This document shows, piece by piece, positions 47,260-57,814 of a stretch of 57,814 bases of DNA. Made by a program: the position numbers and the translations under genes. Origin of the DNA: Perkinsus olseni. Its lineage: Eukaryota. The stretch lies in assembly GCA_013115125.1 (NCBI GenBank), contig JABANN010000171.1, forward strand, positions 1-57,814, written 5' to 3'. The number at the start of each line of letters is the position of its first letter. The stretch's first letter is position 1. The notes beneath the pieces are model-generated. The model was given only the letters and a program-made list of their open reading frames with translations, was not told the origin of the DNA and did no database searches.

Positions 47260-48372
47260 TCCAGAATCCCCCCTCCTCCCCTAGAGGGACTGAGACGGGG
47301 CAACACTGGCAGTACCGCCACGGCGAGGACCCATGGCCTTGGAGGACTCCGACGCCATAATACTGTATTCTGAGGCCACGTTAATCTGCAGCTACAATAG
47401 TTAACCTACCTCTGACAATGTAACACTATCATTGACGTTTGCACCAACACTCTGCGGCCCTTGCGCTCGAGTCAATCACGGGAGTGGTCAGTTTAGTATT
47501 CCTCGCGTTGTGATGGATATGTTCCCTGCGATCGTCCAGCTCCGCACTATCGCCTGGCTGCCCTGGGCTTTGGCTGGTGCCATGACCTTCATCGCCGTCA
47601 CGGGTTTCCTCTTCGCCACTTCCAGTGTGGGGAAGGAGAGTCCCCAGCCGCTCGCTGTGAGGCGTAGTGCTCGCTTGAGAGAGCGCAAGGTGGGAAGAGA
47701 ACCTGTCTTCATCGCTCGTCGACCTATTATGCTGTGTTTCCCTCAGGAACTCAGCGGTGACCACGCCGTCCCCGAGGAGAACTCAACCGGCACCAGTACT
47801 ACCCTGTCGTACTCCCACACCTCCTTCGTGCGTCCCTGCTCAGGTAGCAAGAGGACTGCGGCCTATCACGTCGTCATGACCATCCTTCTATCGATATTCA
47901 TGGCGGTGAGAGAGAGCCGCCTCTAATGCATTTGCAGTTGCCAGCTCGTGCTCCCCTTCAGCTGTCCACCCTTCTTGTTCTGGTGACCTCTCCTGAGCTG
48001 ACGGCCGTCCTCAAGCCCCACGTGCAGCTCATCGCGGCCAAGCTTGCTCCACTCTCCCCCTTCGAGACAGCCGCGGAACTGTGAAGAATTAGCGCATGCC
48101 TTGATAGACTTGTCCTCATGGGTTTTTCGTTGGCGAGGGTTGCTGGAATAGCTCCACGTCGAGCAAAGGTGGTCCGATGTCCTATGCCAGCAGGGCCTCC
48201 TCTCGGACACTCCCACCTGATGCTCTCGTAGCACGCGTAGTGCCCCACCTGACTAACGCCCTCCTCTCGGGAAAAATATCGAAGTCGGCGATAGTCCCCT
48301 TTTTGAAAGCTGGGTGAGCTCCCTCGCTCTGACTTCCAACCGGAATCACCACCCACGACAATGCATGCATCA
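45185..48372 (+). repeat. Diverged ~190-bp direct repeat, 45185-45373 and 48185-48372
   Basis: Shared TGCCAGCAGG.CCTCCTCTCGG.CACTCCCACCTGATGCTCTCG, ACCTGACTAAC, GGCGATAGTCCC, TGCATGCATCA. Confidence 0.9.
45595..47373 (+). CDS. J-domain/FN3-like protein with basic N-terminus and SAP/HEH-like motif, intronless, paralog 2
   Basis: 592-aa ORF; MTIKMLKEELTKEGIDFSRCVEKSELVEKL; HPD motif; C-terminal ~200 aa near-identical to paralog 1. Confidence 0.88.
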   Translation: MGLLFLSVEAALAAAMSSHARRSSGRQTPVPMDISPPPTRRKSARLSPLHHNTSTTLLQIPRLKGLSRCHSQPVIPSVGRLVLKPAKRRRDSVEDRQQQQEPGSASGPRPRKLRRSVVLKTRRNPVKVAASTSGKKRGRKSMGAQDTRTPVGSPAVRRRLLPSTSGKRSRRGSLAPQPTPEVSPKARRRVPPTSSGRKRSLKGSDLPKPSPSASPPSRRRLVPPTAGKRSLKGSGSQQRLSSPRKRRKSGPGPERKPSPPPAGSGARGSTGGSIARMTIKMLKEELTKEGIDFSRCVEKSELVEKLKQARQAGASRRKQASARGSPAAPKAQELRPPRRSLRLSQAAAALSQPKAVLKSPLMVELERIERLPRSATPMQVLGLPRLPSNVGEVKKKLRALSKVVHPDKTANEKHLRGRAGAAFQRINSAAQEAIKLLEEATTAPPGRVRELTYRMEGEVLVVQWRPPTDVNKRTVSSYRVVASAPGTTPIEQGIVNAQGSTTDDGWVECAISSQGRRGNDTLFLRQQFQVTVNATNPSGQGPTALLHVSLNRGPPSRIPPPPLEGLRRGNTGSTATARTHGLGGLRRHNTVF

Positions 48373-48401
48373 CTGCTTTCTGTCGTTTTCCCCCTCTTCT
48401 C

Positions 48402-49923
48402 ATGGACTTGTTCTCGTTCGCCGTGTCCGGGTTCAAGGCAGTCCAGACCGTCCACTCCTGCTACACCAAGGCTAAGGAGCTGCACACCTTGGCCACTAAG
48501 GATATTGCCGTCAATGTGGACAAGCTGGCTGCTGCTCTGCAGTGCTTACAGGCTCCCCTACGCCTAGCACAGGTCGGTCAGTGTTAGTGTCCTTCTCCCT
48601 ACTCGTCCCTGTAGTTGCTACATACCAGGATGCCAACAAGCGAGGTTGTCAGTGCAGCGGTCGGGTTGGCTCGCCAGGCTCTGCATGAAGCTGAGGAGCT
48701 CATCGACACTCTAGTGGTAAGCCTGTCTTCAACCCTGACGTTCTGGATTCTCTTTTCTTGACCGCCGTGTCGCTACTTGGTTTGCCTGACCCCCTAGGAT
48801 TCCTCGTCCCCTCAGTCGCTCGAGTGCAACGATGGTGACACTAATGATGCGTCCCCCAAGGAAGAGGTTGGTGTTGGCGTAATCGGGGCGGAGGAGCAGG
48901 CACGGCGGCTGAGGGATGTCATATCGGATGTAAGCAGCGACCGAAGACGCGGCCTAGAGACTCGGCTTCGTAGGTATCCTTGGCAGCACAGATGCTCACG
49001 CTCAGCCTCACTGCAGTCCGGAGTGCATTACCGACCTCAGATGGGATGGAGACCATCATAGGCCGCTGGGACTTCGACCAGCTCGCGTGGGCTCAAGGAG
49101 GCCGGTGCCGGTCCTTAACACAGGGGTGTGCCAGGTTCTCAGAGGCCCTCACTGTGATGAGGCAGTTGGACATGGGGCGAGTGTCAAGTCGTGGGGTACT
49201 TCTGGCTACTGGTCAGCTTTGGAAGTGGCGTCCTGGTGCATCAACAGCTACCAAGTCAGTCGCCGAGATGCCGCATCTTCATTATGGAAATGCTCACTTA
49301 GACACAAGCTCCTCCTAGAGCCGCAGTTCTTCTGCTCTGCCCGCCTAGCATTGGCCGACAAGGACGACACGCTGGTTTCTCTCGTCCTCACGCCAGTGGA
49401 AGGTTCTACTGAACCGGCTGACGGGGCAGATACGGTCCAAGTGGTAAGTAAACAACAACAAGGGAAAATCTCATAGTTGTCCTGAGTAGGTGGTCACCGA
49501 GGACGGCCTTCACGACTTCCGTATACGTCTTCCTGATGTTTCCTCCGGAGCCCTGTCACTGCTCGCCACGGCCGACAACACCACTGACGATGTTCTCGAG
49601 CGATCGTTGTGCTTTATGTGGACGGACGAGGAGAGTAGACCGGCCACTGCCTTCCCACTTCTGGGAGCGTTCGTTGCAGATACATGTCGGTACGCCTTGG
49701 AGTTCGAGTGTTGCGGCTCGGCCAAGATGACAGCGGAAGTGTTCGAGATGGTCCTCTATTTGTCGATGGCCCGCAACTCCATGGAGCATCCTGATCTGGG
49801 CATAGACCAGTGGGAGGAGGAGGAGGAGCTTCGCACCTTCGTTGTGGATCGGTTGAAAGTTGTAGCCCCGCCGGGCCGTAATCGGCGAGGCAGCTTGCTG
49901 CCAGCAGTGACTCCCGCTAAGTA
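48402..49923 (+). CDS. Hypothetical multi-exon protein
   Basis: MDLFSFAVSGFKAVQTVHSC... with exons linked by ~45-55 nt introns, ending ...LLPAVTPAK*. Confidence 0.6.
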
Positions 49924-50103
49924 GAGTTTCTCATCGTGTGGTATGACCGTGGCTAGTGTATCGTAAATCCAGAGGGTGTGAGTAGCTGCGGGCGACACCT
50001 ACTGAAGGCCAGCCCTTAGAACTCTCTGAGCATCGAACATCGCCTTAGTAAAGTTACGAATGGTGCGGTATTCAGATTTTCGAGAAGAGTACTTCTCTTT
50101 GAT

Positions 50104-53100
50104 ATGACATCCTCTATGGATTCGCTGAGCATCAACCTCCTAGTGGGAGGGGCAGCTGCTCCCGTCTTCGTCCACGAGGCTGTACTGGCCTACCGTGTCG
50201 GCAACGTTGTCTGTGTGTGGGATACTGAGACCGAAGAATGCTCGTACTGTCGCATGCCACTGGACCAGGACGGCCCCCAGCAGCTCATCGCCTCTCACTC
50301 TGGACGGCTCATCCTAGCGAGCAAAGCTCTAGACGGTGGCGCAAAGGTGAGGAAGTGCACTGCCGGAAACCACGGAGCGAGGTGGTCACTATAGGTCATG
50401 ATCTATCCTATCGGACCCGAAAGTCTCGAGGCTGCGACTGAAATTACAGTAGCCGTTGATAAGGGCTGCACTGGCCTCACCGCCGTAGCATTGTCTTCAT
50501 GTGCGCCGAGGCTGTTCGCCCTCGCCGGCACGCCTGGGCAGCAGCATTTGGCGGTTTACAGCACAGAGACTCGCGAGGTGATTCTCTTGTACTGGTTTGC
50601 TAGGGGTGAACTCACTATGACAGGCTCTCCCTGGACTAGAGTGGGTCCAGCTACCCTCCGGATGCCCTTCTCAAAGATTCACTCGAATTCTACCGTACCC
50701 GAAGTGAGGGTGAATTGATGCCGACTGTGCAGTGAGCTGTTCTGGTCAGACACAAGGACCTCCAGGCTGTTATCGGAGATCAGGAAGTTGTGGTGGCTTC
50801 CTTGGAAAAAACGTACTGTTCCTTATCTCGTGGCAGAAGCGGCATCATCCTTGACATCATCAACAGGTACGAGACTTTTATGGTCACCAAGTACGCGAGT
50901 GACATCATCACCGACTTGTTGAACACGCATCACACCAAAGGTCCATGGGCTCTGTCAGCAGTTGCTTGGTGCCCTACAGTAAGTACAGGTCAGCTATCTC
51001 CCTCGGGGGCGACCGCGCTGCTCAGGGGCATTTGCTGGTGGCCACATCGACCGGCCTGCTGCTTTGTCTCTCAATAGAACAGCGCAAAGATCCGCTGACT
51101 GAGGAGGAGTCTCGTCGACGGGCTGGGAGTGACTACGAGCTGCTATCGGTGCACTGCGCTATTGGCATGGAGGCTCTAGGGCCGATACGGCACATGTTCT
51201 TCTGTGGGGACAAGACGCTGATCACTGTGCACACCAGCAACCAAATCAACTTCTGGGCATTTCATAAGGACCGCATACCCGAACCGCTGCATCCCGATCA
51301 ACTTGATGCGCAATTGCAGAGCAACGGGGCGACCCAGCGGGCCCTGGTACTGGTGAGAACGTCTTGTCTGTCTGAAGACACGGGGCACGAGGGTGCGCTG
51401 AAATGGGTAGTCACATCGCCAGAAGGCCAAACGCTTTGGGTTTGCACCGATGGCGGTCGCCTTTGGTCGGCTAATATGGCGGTACAGTGCCGTACAATAG
51501 CGGAGGAAGTTGACCGGGCCCAGGGGGATGACGACGCAGTTCACGAAGTTGAGAAGGTCAGTGTAGGATTGCTGGCCATCCTCAAGCCCGTGCTGTTCAG
51601 GTCCCTATCTCCGGTTTGGCCTATCATGGGTCCACCCATTGTGGCGCCTTGGACTGCGTCACCGACATCAAGATCCTCCCCGGCCGGGAAGAGCACCCCA
51701 CCCTCTATCTTGTTGCGATGTCCAGTGGAGCTCTCAGTGTCTTCGGAGCGGAGACAGACAGCCTCCCGCAGATGATGTACCTTCAAGCCAGTCATGCGCC
51801 CATCAATTGCCTCGCGGTATCGCCCAGCAGCCGCCTAGTAGTTGTAGGAAGCGAAAATGGTGTCGTCCAGACGATCGACCTGCGCGATAGTGCCATGAAA
51901 GTCTTGGACGTCTCCCGAGGCCTCGAGAGTTCTGCGATAAAACTCGGTGATGGCCCAGTGGTCGATATCAGCGTCACGAAGATTGCCGGTGGCCGGGAGG
52001 TTTGTTATGCGCATATGATGGGCGGGGATGTATTCCTCCTCACCCTCCGCGAGAAGGCCGGCCTTCTTAGTGTCGTCTCCCACGTAAGCCAGGTAGCCGC
52101 CTACGTGGACGCTGTTGTTGACCGGGAGGTGTGTGCGGTATGCTGGTGTGGCTCTCGACTAGCAGTCGCGATAACTGACGGCCGCGACTCGGCTGTTGTA
52201 ACGGTGTCCTTCGACCTTGATCAGATGGTTGGGGGCCTCCTCGACTCGAGTAAGGTTGGAGTTGCAACGCAGGAGCTCCCCAGCAGCTCCAAGGTCACAG
52301 CGATGATGTCCTGTGGGGAGGGTCTGATCCTCGCCACCATCGCCGGGGAAGTAGCACTGTACTCCCTACCCTCTGACCTGCCCAGCAATGCCACTGAGTT
52401 GCCACTGGTAAAGGTACTCCACCAGGGTAATCGTCCGATCTGCAGGCTCTCAATGGATGGTGATGAGATCGCTGCAGCAGCATCAGACGGCACACTGTAC
52501 GTCCTTTCCCTCCGCAATAGCCACCCGTCGACGGTCGAGCATCTTCATACGACTCACGGTTGTGTCACAGCCGTCGCTGTTTCTGATGGGACCGTGGTCT
52601 CGGGCAGAGGGAACGGCGGTATGTTTATTTGGCAAGTACCGCAGCCCGGCACTGTGGTGGCGCCCTCCGCTGAGTTCACGAGGTTGCCCGAACGCCTGGA
52701 GCAGACACCCCCGGACAACGTACAGGAAGAAGTTGTCAACGACGATGAGTTGGTGGTGTGGAGCTTAAAGGAGCATAAGAGAAAAATGGCAGATGCCGCA
52801 GCAGTGCGGAGGAGCTTGGACGGTCGAGAAGCTCAGAGGATCCAGCTGGTTCAAACTGTGCAGAGGGAGGTGGAACAGCTACGCGCGAGGCTGATGTCGA
52901 TCATCGAGAGCAACCAGTCCGGGCCGGAGGAGGAGATGCTTCAGAGGGACGAGTTCTGCATAGACTTGGAAGCACGCCAAGAGGTCGCTGAGGAGTGCGA
53001 GCGCAGGTCACGTGAACTCAGAGAAAAACTGAAGGTGGGCAGTTCGGCTCTTCAGACGTGGTCACAGAACACTGATTTGGCTCATTGGCTGTTCCGTAGG

Positions 53101-56100
53101 AGGAGATTGCGTCGAGGGCCGTCATCCGAGACCGCCTGGTGAGGGACTTCTGGGACCCGATGGAGGTCCATATGGCACGGCTACACTGTATCGAGGAAGA
53201 AAGAAGTTTGAGCGTGGCCAACTATCCCTTCCGCTCGGGTACTGCTGCTCCGGATAGCTCCAGCCCCCTGCTGAAGAAGCTCAGAGTAGTACCATCACAG
53301 AGATTCCTAGTGATGATCCGATCGCGGGGTTAGGTGCTGCGGGACGTCCAGGCTCGGAAGTCCGTCTGGCTCACCGACGTGGCATGTGGATGCTCCCTCC
53401 CAGTCGAGGACGATGCTTTGAACCCGATCAACATCTGTGGAGGTCAAGAGGACTATCTGATCAACTGGGGGAGGTGCCGCTGGGAGCTGCCCCAGCCGAC
53501 ATCCGGTACGCTCCTTTCGGGCAGCCGCCTGTGATGGGTTTCTGTCCAGGGACTGCTGAATCCACCAAGGCGGCCGAGGACGCCGCGAGGCCTCCAGAAG
53601 CGGAACCCCAGGCCGGTGGGTTGGTTGGCGGCCGATAGTTTCCTCCTTAGCGCTACGCACCTCAGATGCCCGGGCCATGGAGAGGACGGCAAGCTCCTTC
53701 GGAGGGTACATCTCAGCTGACCCGGGACTGGCGCATCCGTGCTTCCCTGCCGGAGACACGACCAGCGCGGATTTCCTGTACGACCCGACGGAGCTGGTCA
53801 GCAGCCCCCGCAGGAGGTACTATCGCGCTAACATCAGTGCATCTGGGGACGTCGACGGGTCAACCAGGAAGCCTCGAAAAATCGCTGCAAATATGGTATC
53901 TATAGCGATGGCTGGTATTTCAATAGCCAGATGCTAATGAACAAGTGGCTAGTATTTGAAATATTAATTGATTCGGCCACCGCTCTCCGACCCTTCCAAA
54001 GACTCGAGGGCAGAATGATCCTTGCCCTATGTCCCACGGTCAACCGTCTACTGTGTGCGCACTTCGTTTGTTAGGATTCAAGTCAACCTGCTTAATGAGA
54101 TGTGCATGGATTACAAGAGGGCTTTTAATACAGTGTTCGATCGAGTGAAGGGCGAGAAGACGAAGGCGGTCGAGGTAGAGTTTGCCACCTCTGTCAAGTC
54201 TGTGGAAGCAGGGGGCGTCCTCTTGTGGTAGCATATCTCGGAACGAGTTCATCGCATCCACGCGATCCTTAAGGAGTTGAAGTCGGAGGAGAGTCCTCCC
54301 GTAGATCCTGCAGTCCGCGAGTTGCCGACTGGAGAGGTGATGGTCATCGGGCAAGCTCGACTGGCTTCCGTGCCTTAGCTTTCAGAATCCCGAGTCCGTC
54401 CTCGAAGTCTCTGATAAGGAAATTGGTGCCGAGAAATGGATCAGCAAGGAGGAGCGAGCGAGGCTGGTGGGTGTGATCCTGGCTGCACAGCAGAGAGGCT
54501 CGGCTCCTACCCACAGGATGCTGAGGCTGCTGCCGAGACCGAACGCCTGCGGAAGCTACAGGAAGACGATGGCGGTCGACAGAAGGCATTGATCACTATG
54601 ATGGGTGGTACTCTGAAAACTAAGAAGGATCTCAGCCCTCTGGAGGTATGAGTACGAACAATCGCTAGTCTCCTGATGGGGACGGTAGGTCCGACTGGAG
54701 CGTGAGGAGTGGATGGACACAGTACCCGAGGACGAAATGGATGAGGAACAGAAGGTAAGGGGCAGCACTAGGACGGGCGATGCCTTCTCGTGTCATCGGC
54801 ACAGCCCTCTTGGACGTCTGCTGTGTAATTCAGGCGGCTTTTGCTGATCAACTCGCTAGAGAGAAAGCACTGGCAGAAGAGCAGGTAAGTCGCTCCCCTT
54901 TACGTCTGCAGAGTGGTCCGGCCTTGGCATGAGTACTCGCGCTGCTGCAGGAGGCCTACCGTACCCGACTGGGAGAGGAGCTAGAACAACTCAAGGCTGA
55001 GATCAAGGAGAGCACCGCTGCCTTTGATGATGGCCTCCTCAAGGAACTCTACCGAACGAGGGTTGAGACTGACTTGAAGATGTACGACAGACCGCCCTCC
55101 TGAGCCCGCGTCAATCGTCCTGTCCCTTCCCTTCAGCCTCACACAGGAGCTCCTGGTCCTGCAGCATCACCTGGCACTACGGCAGTCTCAGGAAGACAAG
55201 GTAGCGGTAGAGAGCCTCAACCAGAGGATAGTCGAAGCCCGGAAGAAAGTCCTGTTCGCTGGCTCGCCGTGCTGGTGGCAGCCTTCTCTCAGGTCGCCGA
55301 GTGCCGGGCGGAGTTTGAGGACTTTAGCCTGATTGTTCGCGACCTCGAGCGAGAGGCTGATGAGATCGTCAGGCAGGAGAGAGATTACGTAAGTTCCACT
55401 GTAGGTGTTTGGTGAGATTCACTGCCGTTATAAGGTGTCCAACTTCAAGCAGCAGTTCTCCTCGGCCAACACCGGTAGCACTGACTTATCAGGGAGTGTC
55501 TCGAGGCTCAACCTCAGGAATCGATACTGAGGACTTCAACCAGCTTTTGGCGCTTTTCCGAACTACACTTCCGGGAGAGGACGCCAATAAGGTAGAGGCC
55601 CTCATCGTGACTCCGCACCATCGCTGTATCAGGACAATACCGCTGCCTCAAACAAGAACGCCTATCACGGGAGGTCCCTTGTGAGTTACCGCTTTCCCTC
55701 TGGATATTGCCGTCTATTTCGTGACAGATGTCTCACAACTTGTTTAATCGGCCCTCCTCTCGTTCCCGGATTGTAGGCGGTCGGAGGCAAGAGGACAATG
55801 AAGGTAAGACCCACACCTCGAACCCGTTGGACTTCACGATTGATCAGAATTTTCTTACTTGGACACTATGGAGGACTACGAGCTCAACACGCCCACCATG
55901 GACGATGTAGCGAGGCCGCGCGAATGGTTGGAAAATTCCCTCCTTTCCAGATTGCTGTCTTCCAGTACCCGGACGATTGCCCCGAAGGGATCGACGAGGA
56001 GCTCTTCGGAAGGGCCATGAGACTCCGCCGGGAGAGGCAAGACCAGGGTTCTCACCGGACCTTGCGAGCTTCTGTTCGCTCCTCAGATGTAAACTGGACC

Positions 56101-57685
56101 TTGAGATACGCCGGATGAACGCACTGCTTGACATCGCTAACAGACGCCAGTGGTGTCATCGGCAACGGTAGCAACGGCAGGCGGCCAATCATAGGAGCCG
56201 CTGCCCTGTGCAGACTGGAGAAGGCGCTCTCGGACGAGAAGATTCTCCTCGACCAGCTGGCGTCCCAGAGGGAGATTATACTCAACGAGAAGTTCGACAC
56301 CGAAGTGGCCATCATGGTTAGACAGGTGGGTTGGTCATTGCAGCCCTCCCTCAGTGAACACTAGCCGGTTCCAGGGACTTCTCAACCTCCCTGAGGCCCC
56401 GGTCGCCACGGATTGCAGCGATGCGATTGTTGTACCAGCGGAAGAGGCGATCGAAATACGGAACAGGTCGAGCTTGTACTTCAGCTCGGGTGGATGCACA
56501 GTGGCCGCCGGCAGGCACATCATCGCTCTGGCGAAGGAGAAGTTGGCGGTGTTGCATAAGATAAAGGAATTCCGAAAGAAGCTGAATCTTGTGGAGTGGG
56601 AACAGGCGGTGCTTGCGTTGGAGAAGGAGGTCTGTAGGCATTAACGCTGACTATTCACCAGTATTGGGATTCTACTCCCAGGACCTAGAGGAGCGGTCGA
56701 GAGACATTCAGATGATGCGGGTTACGAAGGATCTTCAGACGGTTCTTTCGGGTAGTATCTCAGCTCTGCTATGAGACAGCATCGGATGGCAGAATCTAGC
56801 AAGAACCCGGACGGTAAACGGGAGACCAAAAATGTGGAGGACGCGTTGAAGAAACTCATAGAGAAGGTGGAGCAGAGCGGTGCAGAAAAGGAAGCTGCAC
56901 TGATCAAAGAAGTGAGCGGGCTTCGATTCTACCCCCAGGCAACTTGAGAAGTGCAAGAATAGCGATGATGAGGGGTCGGCATTCGCCGGACCTCGGCTGG
57001 GTCTATGGCCACGAGGAGAATGGCTGCCTACGAAGTCTTGGGCTCGCTATCTGTCAGCGTGGAGCCGACTGAAGTAGACGTCTCGTCGTTTTCAGTTGGA
57101 ACTCGTGAAGCGAACTAACGACAGGCAACGGAAGGAAAACGAGGTAGCATGCATCCATGACCGAATCTATCGCGCCGCGCGCGCCCCTTGATCTCAGGAA
57201 CTCAAGCGGAAGGCGGACGAACTGCGTCGAACTGTGGCCCAGCGCGAGTCCATCAGGGCGCTGCAAGATTCGCACACTAGTCAAGGCGCTGAAGGGAGCT
57301 CAGTGTGAGACGCTGTCCAAGCCCTCTTCAGCGAAGGCTCTGGCGTGCCTCCGACGATATGTTTTCACAGTTTCCCATAATCATGTCGTGACCAGGTATC
57401 GCGCAGGGGAGAAGAGGATTCCCATCGGAGGGGGCGGCCGTATTGAGGAAAACGCTCGAGAAATTCGAGAAGCACAAGCACGGTTGGCGGAGAGCAGACT
57501 CCACCGGGAGCAAATCGACATGGCACGCAGCCACACCAAAGAGATACAGAAGTAAAGCTTGAGCTCATTGTGTTTGACGAATTGCACATCCCGTCAGGCT
57601 CCGAGCAGTGCTTGACGGTTACCGTCAACGGACATTCCCAAGCTTTGTCCATGTACATCAGTCGAGGGAAGCCCCAGACGGCTAG
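50104..57685 (+). CDS. CFAP43: Cilia- and flagella-associated protein 43 (WD40 N-terminus, coiled-coil C-terminus), many exons
   Basis: WD-like repeats, then RQKALITMMGGTLKTKKD, VRQGLLNLPEAPVATDCSDAIVV, DIQMMRVTKDLQ, terminal RQRTFPSF. Confidence 0.85.
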
Positions 57686-57814
57686 AAAGTTGTTCTCACT
57701 CTAGTCGTTGTTGGGTTTGAGTTACAGTACAGGGTGTTCCGATTCGATATGCAAATCACAAAAATCAGTCTAATTCAGCACATACTACGTGTTTGAGGCT
57801 GAAACTTGAGTATG

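Noticed and set aside
1-57814. Spliced-leader relics, tRNA/rRNA genes, telomeric arrays, transposase gene
   Set aside because: None recognised by eye; a computational search could still find weak cases

Overview
Gene-dense, intron-rich eukaryotic DNA (roughly 55% GC, many ~45-60 nt GT/GC-AG introns). The style and gene content suggest a perkinsid alveolate such as Perkinsus; this is an inference. Recognisable genes are: an MFS transporter, two acylation-motif proteins with FPY[LIM]Y repeats, two choline-transporter-like paralogs, a probably secreted EEP-fold enzyme, two PX-domain sorting nexins, SPEF1, PIF1 helicase, a C2HC zinc-finger protein, a bacterial-type citrate synthase, an RBM39-like splicing factor, two intronless J-domain/FN3-like paralogs and CFAP43. 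Exon boundaries were read by eye, so gene spans are approximate. The standout signal is a decayed island at ~7.0-10.15 kb, made of a pseudogene plus retrotransposon debris. It carries about ten stereotyped scars of the form T[1-7] + revcomp(T) + T[2-8] for an 8-bp word T. That is the product predicted when a hAT-type transposon (8-bp target duplication, flank hairpins) excises and the opened hairpins anneal. Two scars are confirmed as +14 nt insertions against an intact paralog in the window, and a third breaks a retroelement reading frame. No transposase was recognised in the window.
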